The notes under the pieces were generated by a model. The model searched no databases. It was given only the letters and a program-made list of their open reading frames with translations, and was not told the origin of the DNA. A program made the position numbers and the translations under genes. DNA of 64,000 nucleotides, taken from positions 2,592,001 to 2,656,000 of the forward strand of contig OY820579.1 of assembly GCA_963681965.1 (NCBI GenBank). Reading direction: 5' to 3'. Of the stretch, positions 1 through 8,180 are shown piece after piece (position 1 is the stretch's first letter; each line of letters starts with the position of its first letter). The stretch comes from a bacterium (GTDB taxonomy: Bacteria > Electryoneota > JAOADG01).

Positions 1-1
1 G

Positions 2-595
2 TATTTTTTAAGTGATATCCTACCTCCACCATTTCGAATCGGATCAGGTGATATCATCGACAGCAAACAACAACGAAGTGGACAAGTAGATATAGTTATT
101 GAATACCCCTTTCTTCCTAGCTTTCCTTTACCCAATGGTGAGAAAAGATTGTACTTTGCTGAGGGTGTAGCTGCAGTGATTGAAGTAAAATCAGAGATCG
201 CTCAACAATGGCAAGATGTACTCAGAACAAAATCAAGCGTAAAGGCTCTTGAAAGAAAATACGAACGAGTTGTTACTCGCCATCATGGTGAAGAGTATTC
301 ACACGGTGTTGAGTTTTACAACAAAATTCCTGTTTATGGCGTTGGCTATAAGGGCTGGGCTAGGATCGAAACACTTCGAGAAAAAACTTCACCTAATAAT
401 GAAGGTAAAATAGACATTGATGGATTATTGGTATTAGAAAGTAAATTATTTTCATCACAGGAATTTACCTTGCCAAAAGAGTCATTCTCTTGCTTATTGG
501 CATTTGCGAATTCACTCTTGAAAGACCTGAAAATGTTTCGCGAGATTGATGTAAACTTTGGTAACTATGTAAAAGTGCTTGATGGCATTGCCTAA
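2..595 (+). CDS. DUF6602-like PD-(D/E)xK nuclease-fold protein (5' end outside window)
   Basis: Frame is open from base 2: YFLSDILPPPFRIGSGDIIDSKQQRSGQVDIVIEYP...AEGVAAVIEVKS, matching the G-x-IID...Q-x-DIVI...AVIEVKS pattern. Confidence 0.7.
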   Translation, partial: YFLSDILPPPFRIGSGDIIDSKQQRSGQVDIVIEYPFLPSFPLPNGEKRLYFAEGVAAVIEVKSEIAQQWQDVLRTKSSVKALERKYERVVTRHHGEEYSHGVEFYNKIPVYGVGYKGWARIETLREKTSPNNEGKIDIDGLLVLESKLFSSQEFTLPKESFSCLLAFANSLLKDLKMFREIDVNFGNYVKVLDGIA

Positions 596-650
596 TGGAG
601 ATTAACCTCGAATATTCAGCAGACTGCGTTTGCGAAATTGTGGAGTTAGA

Positions 651-713
651 GATATCCAAGACTCTGTCTCGGAAATTCGATTTTGATGAAAGTGACAATT
701 GTCGATGATTGAC
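651..713 (+). repeat. 63-bp imperfect direct repeat, copy 1
   Basis: Ungapped alignment to 1769-1831 with 11 mismatches by hand count; both copies end in ATGATTGAC. Confidence 0.8.
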
Positions 714-797
714 TATTGTCCGAGTACCGAAATCCGAACAGAACTCGTAAACCTTTTCCGGAGCCTTCTGTTTAAGGCATTTCAGGGGGAGTTGTGA
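705..797 (+). pseudogene. 30-codon ORF ending in a type I R-M HsdS-like C-terminus
   Basis: MIDYCPSTEIRTELVNLFRSLLFKAFQGEL*; the SLL-x-KAF-x-GEL* ending is typical of HsdS; its TGA overlaps the GTG of the next gene. Confidence 0.6.
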
Positions 798-1714
798 ACG
801 ATAAAGAAATCGAAGAGTTAAAAGATAAGTACAAAGGAACATGGAACAGAGTTGTCGATAATCTTGATAACGAAAAATCAATTTCTAAACGTCAAGCGAG
901 TCGAATCCTTTTAGCAATCAATTTCTATTTTTGGTTATACCGAATAAAAACAAAAATCAAAATTGAAGATTTGACCTTTGGCTTAGGTAACGTTTCAGAT
1001 TTGAAGAGTGGCGATGGAAAGTTATCACAAACACTTATCGATCACATTTGGAAGCCACTCGATGACACAGAGGTTTTCCATTATACTGAGTTGAGTATAG
1101 CAAATTCTATCAGCTCATCAGGCAAATTGCGGTTTTACTCCCTCAAAAAAAATTATGGTTTTAATGAAGTAGAGACACTCTGCAAGAAACTAGGCTTTAC
1201 AGGGTATCTATCCCCATCTCCAAGTGGGGAACCGAAATGGAAGGAAATGCATGAAAGAACTTTTATATTTTGCTGTTCACCTAATACCAATTCCTTAACT
1301 ATTCACCCATTTGTCAAATATGGGAAAGATGCTCGGTTAAGATTAAAGATTTCGCGACATTCCACATTTAAGCGAATGATTTACAAAAAGTTTTTCTTCG
1401 ATAGAACATCGATTATTAAACGACTGGATTTGTTACTGCACTTATTTTTTCAACGAAGATTGACATTAAAGGGGTATTCCACAATTATTGCATTCTATTT
1501 GCCAAGCAAGTTTAAAACTGAAGATGAATTTCGAATTGCACTCAGATTCTTCGATACTCACCCGAATTATCCTGAAACAGAAGAATTCAATGTTACCCTT
1601 AATGATAAAATTAAGTACATCGAAATCCCACTTTATAGTTCATCAGCGAGTAGTTGCCCAGTGCGCATAGAACTTCTAGGTGTAGAGAAGTGGAACGGAT
1701 CAGCTTGGGTGTAA
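794..1714 (+). CDS. AT-rich hypothetical protein, C-terminal part DUF2971-like
   Basis: 306-aa ORF; VFHYT...I...GKLRF and late EDEFRI motifs. Confidence 0.5.
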   Translation: MNDKEIEELKDKYKGTWNRVVDNLDNEKSISKRQASRILLAINFYFWLYRIKTKIKIEDLTFGLGNVSDLKSGDGKLSQTLIDHIWKPLDDTEVFHYTELSIANSISSSGKLRFYSLKKNYGFNEVETLCKKLGFTGYLSPSPSGEPKWKEMHERTFIFCCSPNTNSLTIHPFVKYGKDARLRLKISRHSTFKRMIYKKFFFDRTSIIKRLDLLLHLFFQRRLTLKGYSTIIAFYLPSKFKTEDEFRIALRFFDTHPNYPETEEFNVTLNDKIKYIEIPLYSSSASSCPVRIELLGVEKWNGSAWV

Positions 1715-1768
1715 TTTTGATGAGTTACTTCTGAAATCGCCAGATATTGTCTGGCAATTTTTTGTGTG

Positions 1769-1831
1769 AATATCCGAGACTCTATCTCGGAAATTCGGTT
1801 TTACAGAAAGCGACGATAATCGATGATTGAC
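1769..1831 (+). repeat. 63-bp imperfect direct repeat, copy 2, containing the rhuM start
   Basis: Aligns to 651-713; contains the hairpin CCGAGA-ctcta-TCTCGG. Confidence 0.8.
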
Positions 1832-2878
1832 GAAGGTTTCAGTAGCTTTGCTCCCAAAGAATCCGAACTGCTGTTCTACCAGTTGGAAGATGGTCGCTCG
1901 CGCATTGAGGTGCGTTTAGAAGGCAACACGGTCTGGTTGACGCAGGCGTTGCTAGCCCAGTTGTTCCAGACGACTAAGCAGAACATTAGCCTGCATTTAC
2001 AGTCGATCTTCACTGAGGGGGAACTGGAACCCGATTCAGTTGTAAAGGAATACTTGACAACTGCCGTTGATGGAAAGAACTATAAAACAAAGTATTATAA
2101 TTTAGATGCGATCATTGCTATTGGCTACCGGGTACGTTCTCCCCGTGGCACCCAGTTCCGCCGTTGGGCAACCGAGCGGCTACGCGAGTACATCGTCAAA
2201 GGGTTCACGATGGACGACGAGCGGCTCAAGGAAGGCAAGACGCTCGGTGTCGATTACTTCGACGAGCTGCTGGAACGCATTCGCGACATTCGCGCCAGTG
2301 AAAAGCGATTCTACCAGAAAATCCGCGAGCTGTTCACCCTTGCCATCGATTACGATCCGAAGTCGCTTTCCACACAGGAGTTCTTCCAAATCGTCCAGAA
2401 CAAGCTGCATTGGGCGGTCACTCGGATGACGGCACCTGAATTGATCGCCAGTCGCTCCGATGCTTCCAAGCCGAACATGGGGCTTACCAGTTGGAAGGGG
2501 GCGAAAGTCCGCAAGGGAGATGTCACCGTTGCGAAAAATTACCTCAATGCTGACGAAATCACCGAGTTAAATCGCATCGTTGTAATGTACCTCGATTACG
2601 CGGAAGACCAGACCAAGCGTCGACAACCGCTTTACATCAAGGATTGGCGAGCAAAGCTCGATGCCTTCCTAAAGTTCAACGAGCGGGAGGTTCTCGACGA
2701 CCCCGGGCACGTTTCAATGGAAGTAGCACACGCGCTGGCATTCGAGCGGTATGAGCAATTCCAGCAGCGTCGCCTGACCGAGGAAGCATCGACAGCCTTT
2801 GCCGATGACAACGAACTTGAGCGAACACAGAAATTGCTGGAATCCGGTAGGGCAAGCAAGCCACGAAGGAAGAAGTAA
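1823..2878 (+). CDS. rhuM: RhuM family DNA-binding protein
   Basis: TVWLTQ...LFQTTKQNISLH...YNLDAIIAIGYRVRS.RGTQFRRWAT..L.EYIVKGF.MDDERLK...YFDELLERIRDIRASEKRFYQK. Confidence 0.93.
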   Translation: MIDEGFSSFAPKESELLFYQLEDGRSRIEVRLEGNTVWLTQALLAQLFQTTKQNISLHLQSIFTEGELEPDSVVKEYLTTAVDGKNYKTKYYNLDAIIAIGYRVRSPRGTQFRRWATERLREYIVKGFTMDDERLKEGKTLGVDYFDELLERIRDIRASEKRFYQKIRELFTLAIDYDPKSLSTQEFFQIVQNKLHWAVTRMTAPELIASRSDASKPNMGLTSWKGAKVRKGDVTVAKNYLNADEITELNRIVVMYLDYAEDQTKRRQPLYIKDWRAKLDAFLKFNEREVLDDPGHVSMEVAHALAFERYEQFQQRRLTEEASTAFADDNELERTQKLLESGRASKPRRKK

Positions 2879-3005
2879 GTACCGTTATATCTTAGAGATC
2901 GATTCGCTTTGTTCGTCTCATTCATCTCCTTGAGTCTGTGAATTCTCTTTTCCCTTGATTACTCTTCGTTTGTTTCCTTTTACCCGAGTCATTATTGCCT
3001 CCGAG

Positions 3006-3035
3006 TTGTATAGGTTAATGCGTTCTAACCATATT
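3006..3035 (+). promoter_or_regulatory. Putative lexA promoter with palindromic operator GGTTA-N8-TAACC (3013-3030)
   Basis: TTGTAT-18 bp-CATATT; the same palindrome and layout occur before the second lexA. Confidence 0.65.
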
Positions 3036-3057
3036 GTACGTATTGGAGGATAATGGT

Positions 3058-3678
3058 ATGGAACGACCAGCACTGAGTCCAGTCCAGCAGAAGTATCTCA
3101 AGTGGATTGCCAGGAGGATCGAGAAAATCGGAAAATCACCGACATTAGCTGAGATCGGTGAGTACTTCGACACGAGTGGTGTGAATGCCTACAAAATCGT
3201 TGAGATTCTGGTGCGAAAGGGATATCTGCGAAAGACCACTATCGGTCCATACCGGGCATTGGAACTCGTGGATGAAGATGGAATTACAGTACATCCGGGT
3301 AAGTTGCCTGTTGTAGGACAAGTCGCGGCAGGTTTGCCAGTGCTGGCGGTTGAGAACCGAATCGGGTATGTCTCGCTGGACGAGGCTGTTACGCGACGTG
3401 GGGCAACGTATGCGCTTCGGGTAAAAGGCGAGTCCATGATCGGAGCGGGGATCATGCCCGGTGATACGGTGTTCGTTCGGCAGCAACCAACTGCAACAAA
3501 CGGGAAAATTGTCGTAGCAATGGTCAATGATGAAGCAACCGTGAAGCGGTATTTTCCAAATCGGAACGGCATAGTACGACTGAAGGCCGAGAACCCACGA
3601 TTCAAAGATATCCATGTGCCTGCAGATCAATGTTCAATTCTCGGAGTTGTTGTCGGTTGTTACCGGAATGTGGAGTAA
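3058..3678 (+). CDS. lexA: LexA-family repressor/S24 autopeptidase (copy 1)
   Basis: N-terminal wHTH (SPTLAEIG), cleavage site VAAG, catalytic Ser in GESM and Lys in ATVKR; GGAGGA RBS before ATG 3058. Confidence 0.92.
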   Translation: MERPALSPVQQKYLKWIARRIEKIGKSPTLAEIGEYFDTSGVNAYKIVEILVRKGYLRKTTIGPYRALELVDEDGITVHPGKLPVVGQVAAGLPVLAVENRIGYVSLDEAVTRRGATYALRVKGESMIGAGIMPGDTVFVRQQPTATNGKIVVAMVNDEATVKRYFPNRNGIVRLKAENPRFKDIHVPADQCSILGVVVGCYRNVE

Positions 3679-3707
3679 GTGATGACAATTAATGTGTCCC
3701 TGCGCTC

Positions 3708-5156
3708 TTGCTTGGTTTCAGATACGAGGTATGTGTGAATTTGTGGCTGAATCCGCTTGATACACCACTGGAAAAAATCAATCGACAGCTAGAAATGCTG
3801 ACTCGACCGTTCGGAATGTTCCATCAGTTCGATGCGTTTTATCGAGTCCTGCAGTCGATTCATAAGATCCAAGATAGTCTGCTTCCGTTATCCGCAAATC
3901 TTGGCATTTCCACATTCCCATCTGACAACCAGCAGGTGAATTCAGAAACATCCATCGCTTTGCTCGATGAAACGATCGTGAAGAGTGGTTTACCTGCCGA
4001 TAGCATTCTTGAACTGCAATATGTGTTCAATAACCCCGCACTAGTGACAGATGAAACGAATGGTGATGTTTTTAAGGTATGTGACTCCATATTTAGGCAT
4101 GGTCGCGCAGAGAATCAATCTACGAGCTTGATGAATAAACTACATCACCGAGTTGATGCTCTGGAGTCATTCATTACCCAGCAGATAAGGGAGCAGTCAG
4201 CATTACAACGAGAGCGACCGCTAGTTTCACAACTTCACATCCAAGGGAACAACAACGTTGTAAATGTAACCGGTGCTGGTTCGATTCAATTTCATCAAAA
4301 TAGCGATGTGACAAGACCCTTAGAATCCCAATTCGAGGATGTATCCTCACTATCATCATCAGATTGGAAATTCCGCGTTTCCGCTCAACTGGAAGAGTTA
4401 TCACCAGATCGGCTCAAAATACTGCATGATGAAACTAGAGCGCTACGGCATGACCGACTCCAAACGATGGCGCTTGAGCTATCTAAGCCATTGGACGCTT
4501 CTGCACTCAAGATCTTGGCAAAGCGCTTACAAGCAGAGTATTCAGTTTACACTCGGTCATTGAATGAGTCACTGGGGTTGATTGTGCTGGCATCGTTCCA
4601 AGCTGAATTTGAAAAAGTAAATATGAGTACTTCGGACGAAGAGTCATTACGAAAAGACCTGCAGACGATCTGCAGCAATCTTACGAGTCTCACCAACCGA
4701 TTCTTTAACTTACTTGAAGTGTATCAAACCACGATTGAACAGCTGTTGATGGATTCAATCGAAGAGTGTAGCATAATGATTGGCGATACCATAATCGATT
4801 CAAGAGCGCTGTTGGAACCATTGGAGCGATACAAGTGTTTCTACGCTCGTAAACCAATCGTCGCAGTGTTTTCCAATCTACTCAGGAATGCGTTTGCCAG
4901 CGTCGCTACAGTCAAGGAACCACTCATTACGCTTAGTTCCAACTTTGATCAAAAGTGTATCGTAACAATTCGCGATAACGGGGTTGGCATTCCCCATAAA
5001 GATCACCAGCGCATATTTGAAGACGGATTCTCTACAAAGGGAACAGAAGGATTTGGACTCGCACACTCACGCAAATTGATGGATTCGCTGGGAGGAACAT
5101 TGCGTTTGATTCAAAGTAAACCGAAGCAGGGATCCATATTTGAGGTGACACTGTGA
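3708..5156 (+). CDS. Soluble histidine-kinase-like protein (C-terminal HATPase_c); start uncertain
   Basis: N box NLLRNA, G1 DNGVGI, F/G2 FSTKGTEGFGL; no TM segment; stop overlaps the next start (GTGA). Confidence 0.8.
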   Translation: MLGFRYEVCVNLWLNPLDTPLEKINRQLEMLTRPFGMFHQFDAFYRVLQSIHKIQDSLLPLSANLGISTFPSDNQQVNSETSIALLDETIVKSGLPADSILELQYVFNNPALVTDETNGDVFKVCDSIFRHGRAENQSTSLMNKLHHRVDALESFITQQIREQSALQRERPLVSQLHIQGNNNVVNVTGAGSIQFHQNSDVTRPLESQFEDVSSLSSSDWKFRVSAQLEELSPDRLKILHDETRALRHDRLQTMALELSKPLDASALKILAKRLQAEYSVYTRSLNESLGLIVLASFQAEFEKVNMSTSDEESLRKDLQTICSNLTSLTNRFFNLLEVYQTTIEQLLMDSIEECSIMIGDTIIDSRALLEPLERYKCFYARKPIVAVFSNLLRNAFASVATVKEPLITLSSNFDQKCIVTIRDNGVGIPHKDHQRIFEDGFSTKGTEGFGLAHSRKLMDSLGGTLRLIQSKPKQGSIFEVTL

Positions 5157-6376
5157 AGCTGAGCAAACACAATCAGAAAATGAAAATTCTCTTAGTGGAG
5201 GATGATCCAGCTCATCGGAAGGTGATACTGGATGTTTTGCGCGATCAGTTTGATGTCTCATCTGCCGCTTGTTATGATTTGGCAGTAACGAATTTAAAGC
5301 AAACGAAATTCGACCTTGTATTCTTGGATTTAATGCTCCCAGAATCGAATAGCAGCGAAGTTGTTAAGGATGGCTCACTCGGATACAAGTTATTGAAATT
5401 GATCCGCCAAGTTGAACCCCTTTGTCCGGTGGTAATCGTTTCCGGTCTCCAATCCATCCGCACTGCTGTTGACCTAATGCTGCTTGGCATTGCCGACTAT
5501 GTAGTGAAAGATCAAATTGAGGAACAACTCCCACTTATTTTATTGCGAGCGGAACAGGCACGGCAAGGTCAAATTGACCAGTTACTATTACGCCGATTCC
5601 AAAGTGATCGAACCAGTGGAAAATTTGTTTATGCTGACAAGTCGATGAGATTGATTGATGAGAAGATCGACATGTTAGCTCGAAATGACTCGACAGCACT
5701 ATTGCTTGGTGAAACTGGAACTGGCAAGGATGTTATCGCCAAGGAGATTCACCGCAGATCATCCCGGTGCAAGGGTCCTTTCATCGCCATAAATTGTGCC
5801 AGTATTCCAGAAAAGCTGTTTGAGTCTGAGATGTTCGGAAGTGAAAAGGGGGCATTTTCAGGAGCGGAAACTACTAAAGTTGGCTATCTGGAGATTGCCA
5901 ATCACGGAACACTGTTTCTGGACGAGATTGCTGATTTATCTGAGGAAAATCAGAAGAAATTTCTGCGATTCTTGAACAGTAAAGAGCTTCAGCGGTTGGG
6001 AAGTACGAAAGTAATTCGAGTTGATGTGCGAGTCATTTCCGCTACGAACAAGGATTTCTCTTATGAGATCTCGGAACGTCATTTTCGTCGTGATCTATAC
6101 GAGCGACTTGTCCGTCATATCATACGAATTCCACCTTTGCGAACCCGGCTCGCTGACATTCCGGTACTAGTATCACACATACTTTCGCAAAGCCTTACCG
6201 GAAGTACTCTAAAATTCACTCCCAAAGCGATGAAGGAACTTCGTCGTTACGATTGGCAGGGAAATGTCAGAGAGCTCGATAATGTCTTATACCGGATCAT
6301 CGATGACGCTACGTCCGATGTCGTTGTGACCAATAGTACAACTGCGAGTACGATTGCAACTGCCCCTGCAGCATAA
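5153..6376 (+). pseudogene. NtrC-family sigma-54 response regulator, truncated near 6325 (no Fis HTH)
   Basis: Receiver ILLVEDD...FLDLMLP; GETGTGKD, GAFSGA, LFLDEI, WQGNVREL; then runs into antisense yeeE sequence. Confidence 0.85.
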
Positions 6377-6987
6377 TGGAGCTTTTTGGGATAGTTGAAT
6401 GCAGGTGACGAAGCATTGACTTTCTTCTCGATCATCGTAGTAGCTGCAAATGCTCCAACTGCCATGATGATCAGCAGAAATGCAAACAGTCCCTGAGAGA
6501 TTCCTATCGAATTGAAGACTTTGATTGCTCCCAACGAACTGGATTCGTAGAAGGTGTGATACAACGGATATAGTTCTCCAAATACGAACACACCCAATAC
6601 GCCTCCACCCACGAAGAACATTGCATCCACTTTACCAATCGACATCGCACAGATACTGGTTCCGGGACAATACCCCCCCAACAAGAAACCGATTCCCATA
6701 AACACACCACCGACAATTGCCGGAGCTAACCAAGTAGGATTGACATAAATGGCTTCGAGATCCAAGAGACCAAAGTATCCAAGCAGGATCGTGCCTGTCA
6801 TTGCGGTGATCGCGGCAGTAAAGAAGACGCGCAAGACAGTAAAGTCATAGCCATAAAAGAGACCGGCGAGTCTTCGCGATGACGAGAAACCTGCTTGTTC
6901 GAGGACGATGCCAAATACGAGACCAAGGATCAGCGCCACTACCAGATTGAATTGGTCAGAAATGATGTCAGGTACAAAGGGACCCAT
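6247..6987 (-). CDS. YeeE/YedE sulfur-compound transporter, 3'-truncated near 6325
   Basis: FGIVLEQAGFSSSRRLAGLFYGYDFTVLRVFF...GGYCPGTS; the tail is antisense of the NtrC gene. Confidence 0.85.
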   Translation of the reverse strand: MGPFVPDIISDQFNLVVALILGLVFGIVLEQAGFSSSRRLAGLFYGYDFTVLRVFFTAAITAMTGTILLGYFGLLDLEAIYVNPTWLAPAIVGGVFMGIGFLLGGYCPGTSICAMSIGKVDAMFFVGGGVLGVFVFGELYPLYHTFYESSSLGAIKVFNSIGISQGLFAFLLIIMAVGAFAATTMIEKKVNASSPAFNYPKKLHYAAGAVAIVLAVVLLVTTTSDVASSMIRYKTLSSSLTFPCQS

Positions 6988-7003
6988 AATGTTCTCTTCC
7001 TCT

Positions 7004-7516
7004 CTACAACCAGAGTTTTCTAACGAAATAAGCAACGGCAAATCCAGTTCCAAAAATTGCCATCATGGTCACAAATCCTGCAGTGGAAAGCACTGCCATA
7101 CCGCTTAACGCTGCACCACTCGTGCAACCTCTTGCAAACTGAGCACCGATTCCAAACAGCGCACCACCAATTACGGCGAAGATCCACCGAGTGAGATTGG
7201 CGATTCTTGGACCTTTTTCAGTAACGACTTTTAATCGATTACTTACCAATCCCGACAGAAATCCACCAATGAGCACCCCGGCGATTTCAAAGACCAACCA
7301 TGATTTCATGGGCGACTCTTTTCCCAGACCCACATAATTTCCATAGAAGGCAGACGATTCGGCATGAGTTGGTGCAACCGCATCGACAGCGGTGACAACC
7401 ACACTTTTTATAGCGCCACTCGCACCTAGTCCTCGTCCGGTGAGAAAGATCGTTGCAAGTAGCACCAATCCCAGATAAAAACCGGCAAGGTAGGGATTCA
7501 TATACTTCGTGTTCAT
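7004..7516 (-). CDS. YeeE/YedE thiosulfate transporter family protein
   Basis: YMNPYLAG...GRGLGASG...GAQFARGCTSGAALSG. Confidence 0.9.
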   Translation of the reverse strand: MNTKYMNPYLAGFYLGLVLLATIFLTGRGLGASGAIKSVVVTAVDAVAPTHAESSAFYGNYVGLGKESPMKSWLVFEIAGVLIGGFLSGLVSNRLKVVTEKGPRIANLTRWIFAVIGGALFGIGAQFARGCTSGAALSGMAVLSTAGFVTMMAIFGTGFAVAYFVRKLWL

Positions 7517-7523
7517 TTCTTCC

Positions 7524-8180
7524 TCACTTCGACACTAGCGGGTTGGCAGATAACTTAACTGATTCGGTAGTTTTGTCCTGCGGTAATTCTTCGAATCCGG
7601 TAATCATCGCACGTAGGTTTGATGTCACAGTCTCTCCGGTGGTGATTAAATAAAGGTGAGCGATAAAGAATGCAACCAGAAAGAATGCGCCTATTACATG
7701 AAACATCGCTACCACCGATAAACTGTGAATACTAATTGACATGACTTCATGCTGCTGAGGATAGCGGTAGAACATGTACAACAATCCCGAGATCACCATG
7801 ATTGGAATAACCAGTACCTTCAACCCTAGATAGACGAGTTTCTGCAATGGATTCAGTTTCCGCAATACGGTCTTACGAGTCGGGTGAGGTGCATTACGAA
7901 AGATTCCAAAGATATAGTATTCGGCTTGCGCGCGAAGGTTCTTCCGGGTCGGGAGATACTGTCTCCATTCACCGGTTGTCACATGCCAGAAGATGGTAAA
8001 GACAATCAGGATGATAAATAAAATTGCTGCGATGTTGTGGTAATGAACCGCTTGGTCAAACCCAAAAAATCGTAAGGAGCCATGAATCTCAAAGCCGGTA
8101 ATTCCGAGAAAGATGATAAGGATTGCTTGCATCCAGTGCCAGAACCGTTCGTAACTACGGTATACATATTCCATTTTCAT
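7524..8180 (-). CDS. Cytochrome b subunit (PhsC/Ni-hydrogenase cyt b-like)
   Basis: ERFWHW.QA...TGFEIH...HYHN...KLNPLQKL.Y...FH...AHLYL; ATG overlaps the otr stop (TAATG). Confidence 0.88.
   Translation of the reverse strand: MKMEYVYRSYERFWHWMQAILIIFLGITGFEIHGSLRFFGFDQAVHYHNIAAILFIILIVFTIFWHVTTGEWRQYLPTRKNLRAQAEYYIFGIFRNAPHPTRKTVLRKLNPLQKLVYLGLKVLVIPIMVISGLLYMFYRYPQQHEVMSISIHSLSVVAMFHVIGAFFLVAFFIAHLYLITTGETVTSNLRAMITGFEELPQDKTTESVKLSANPLVSK

Noticed and set aside
2632-2925. Divergent cro-like gene opposite lexA, and a similar RBS-ATG near 41703
   Set aside because: Both run antisense into rhuM or abiEii and show no HTH
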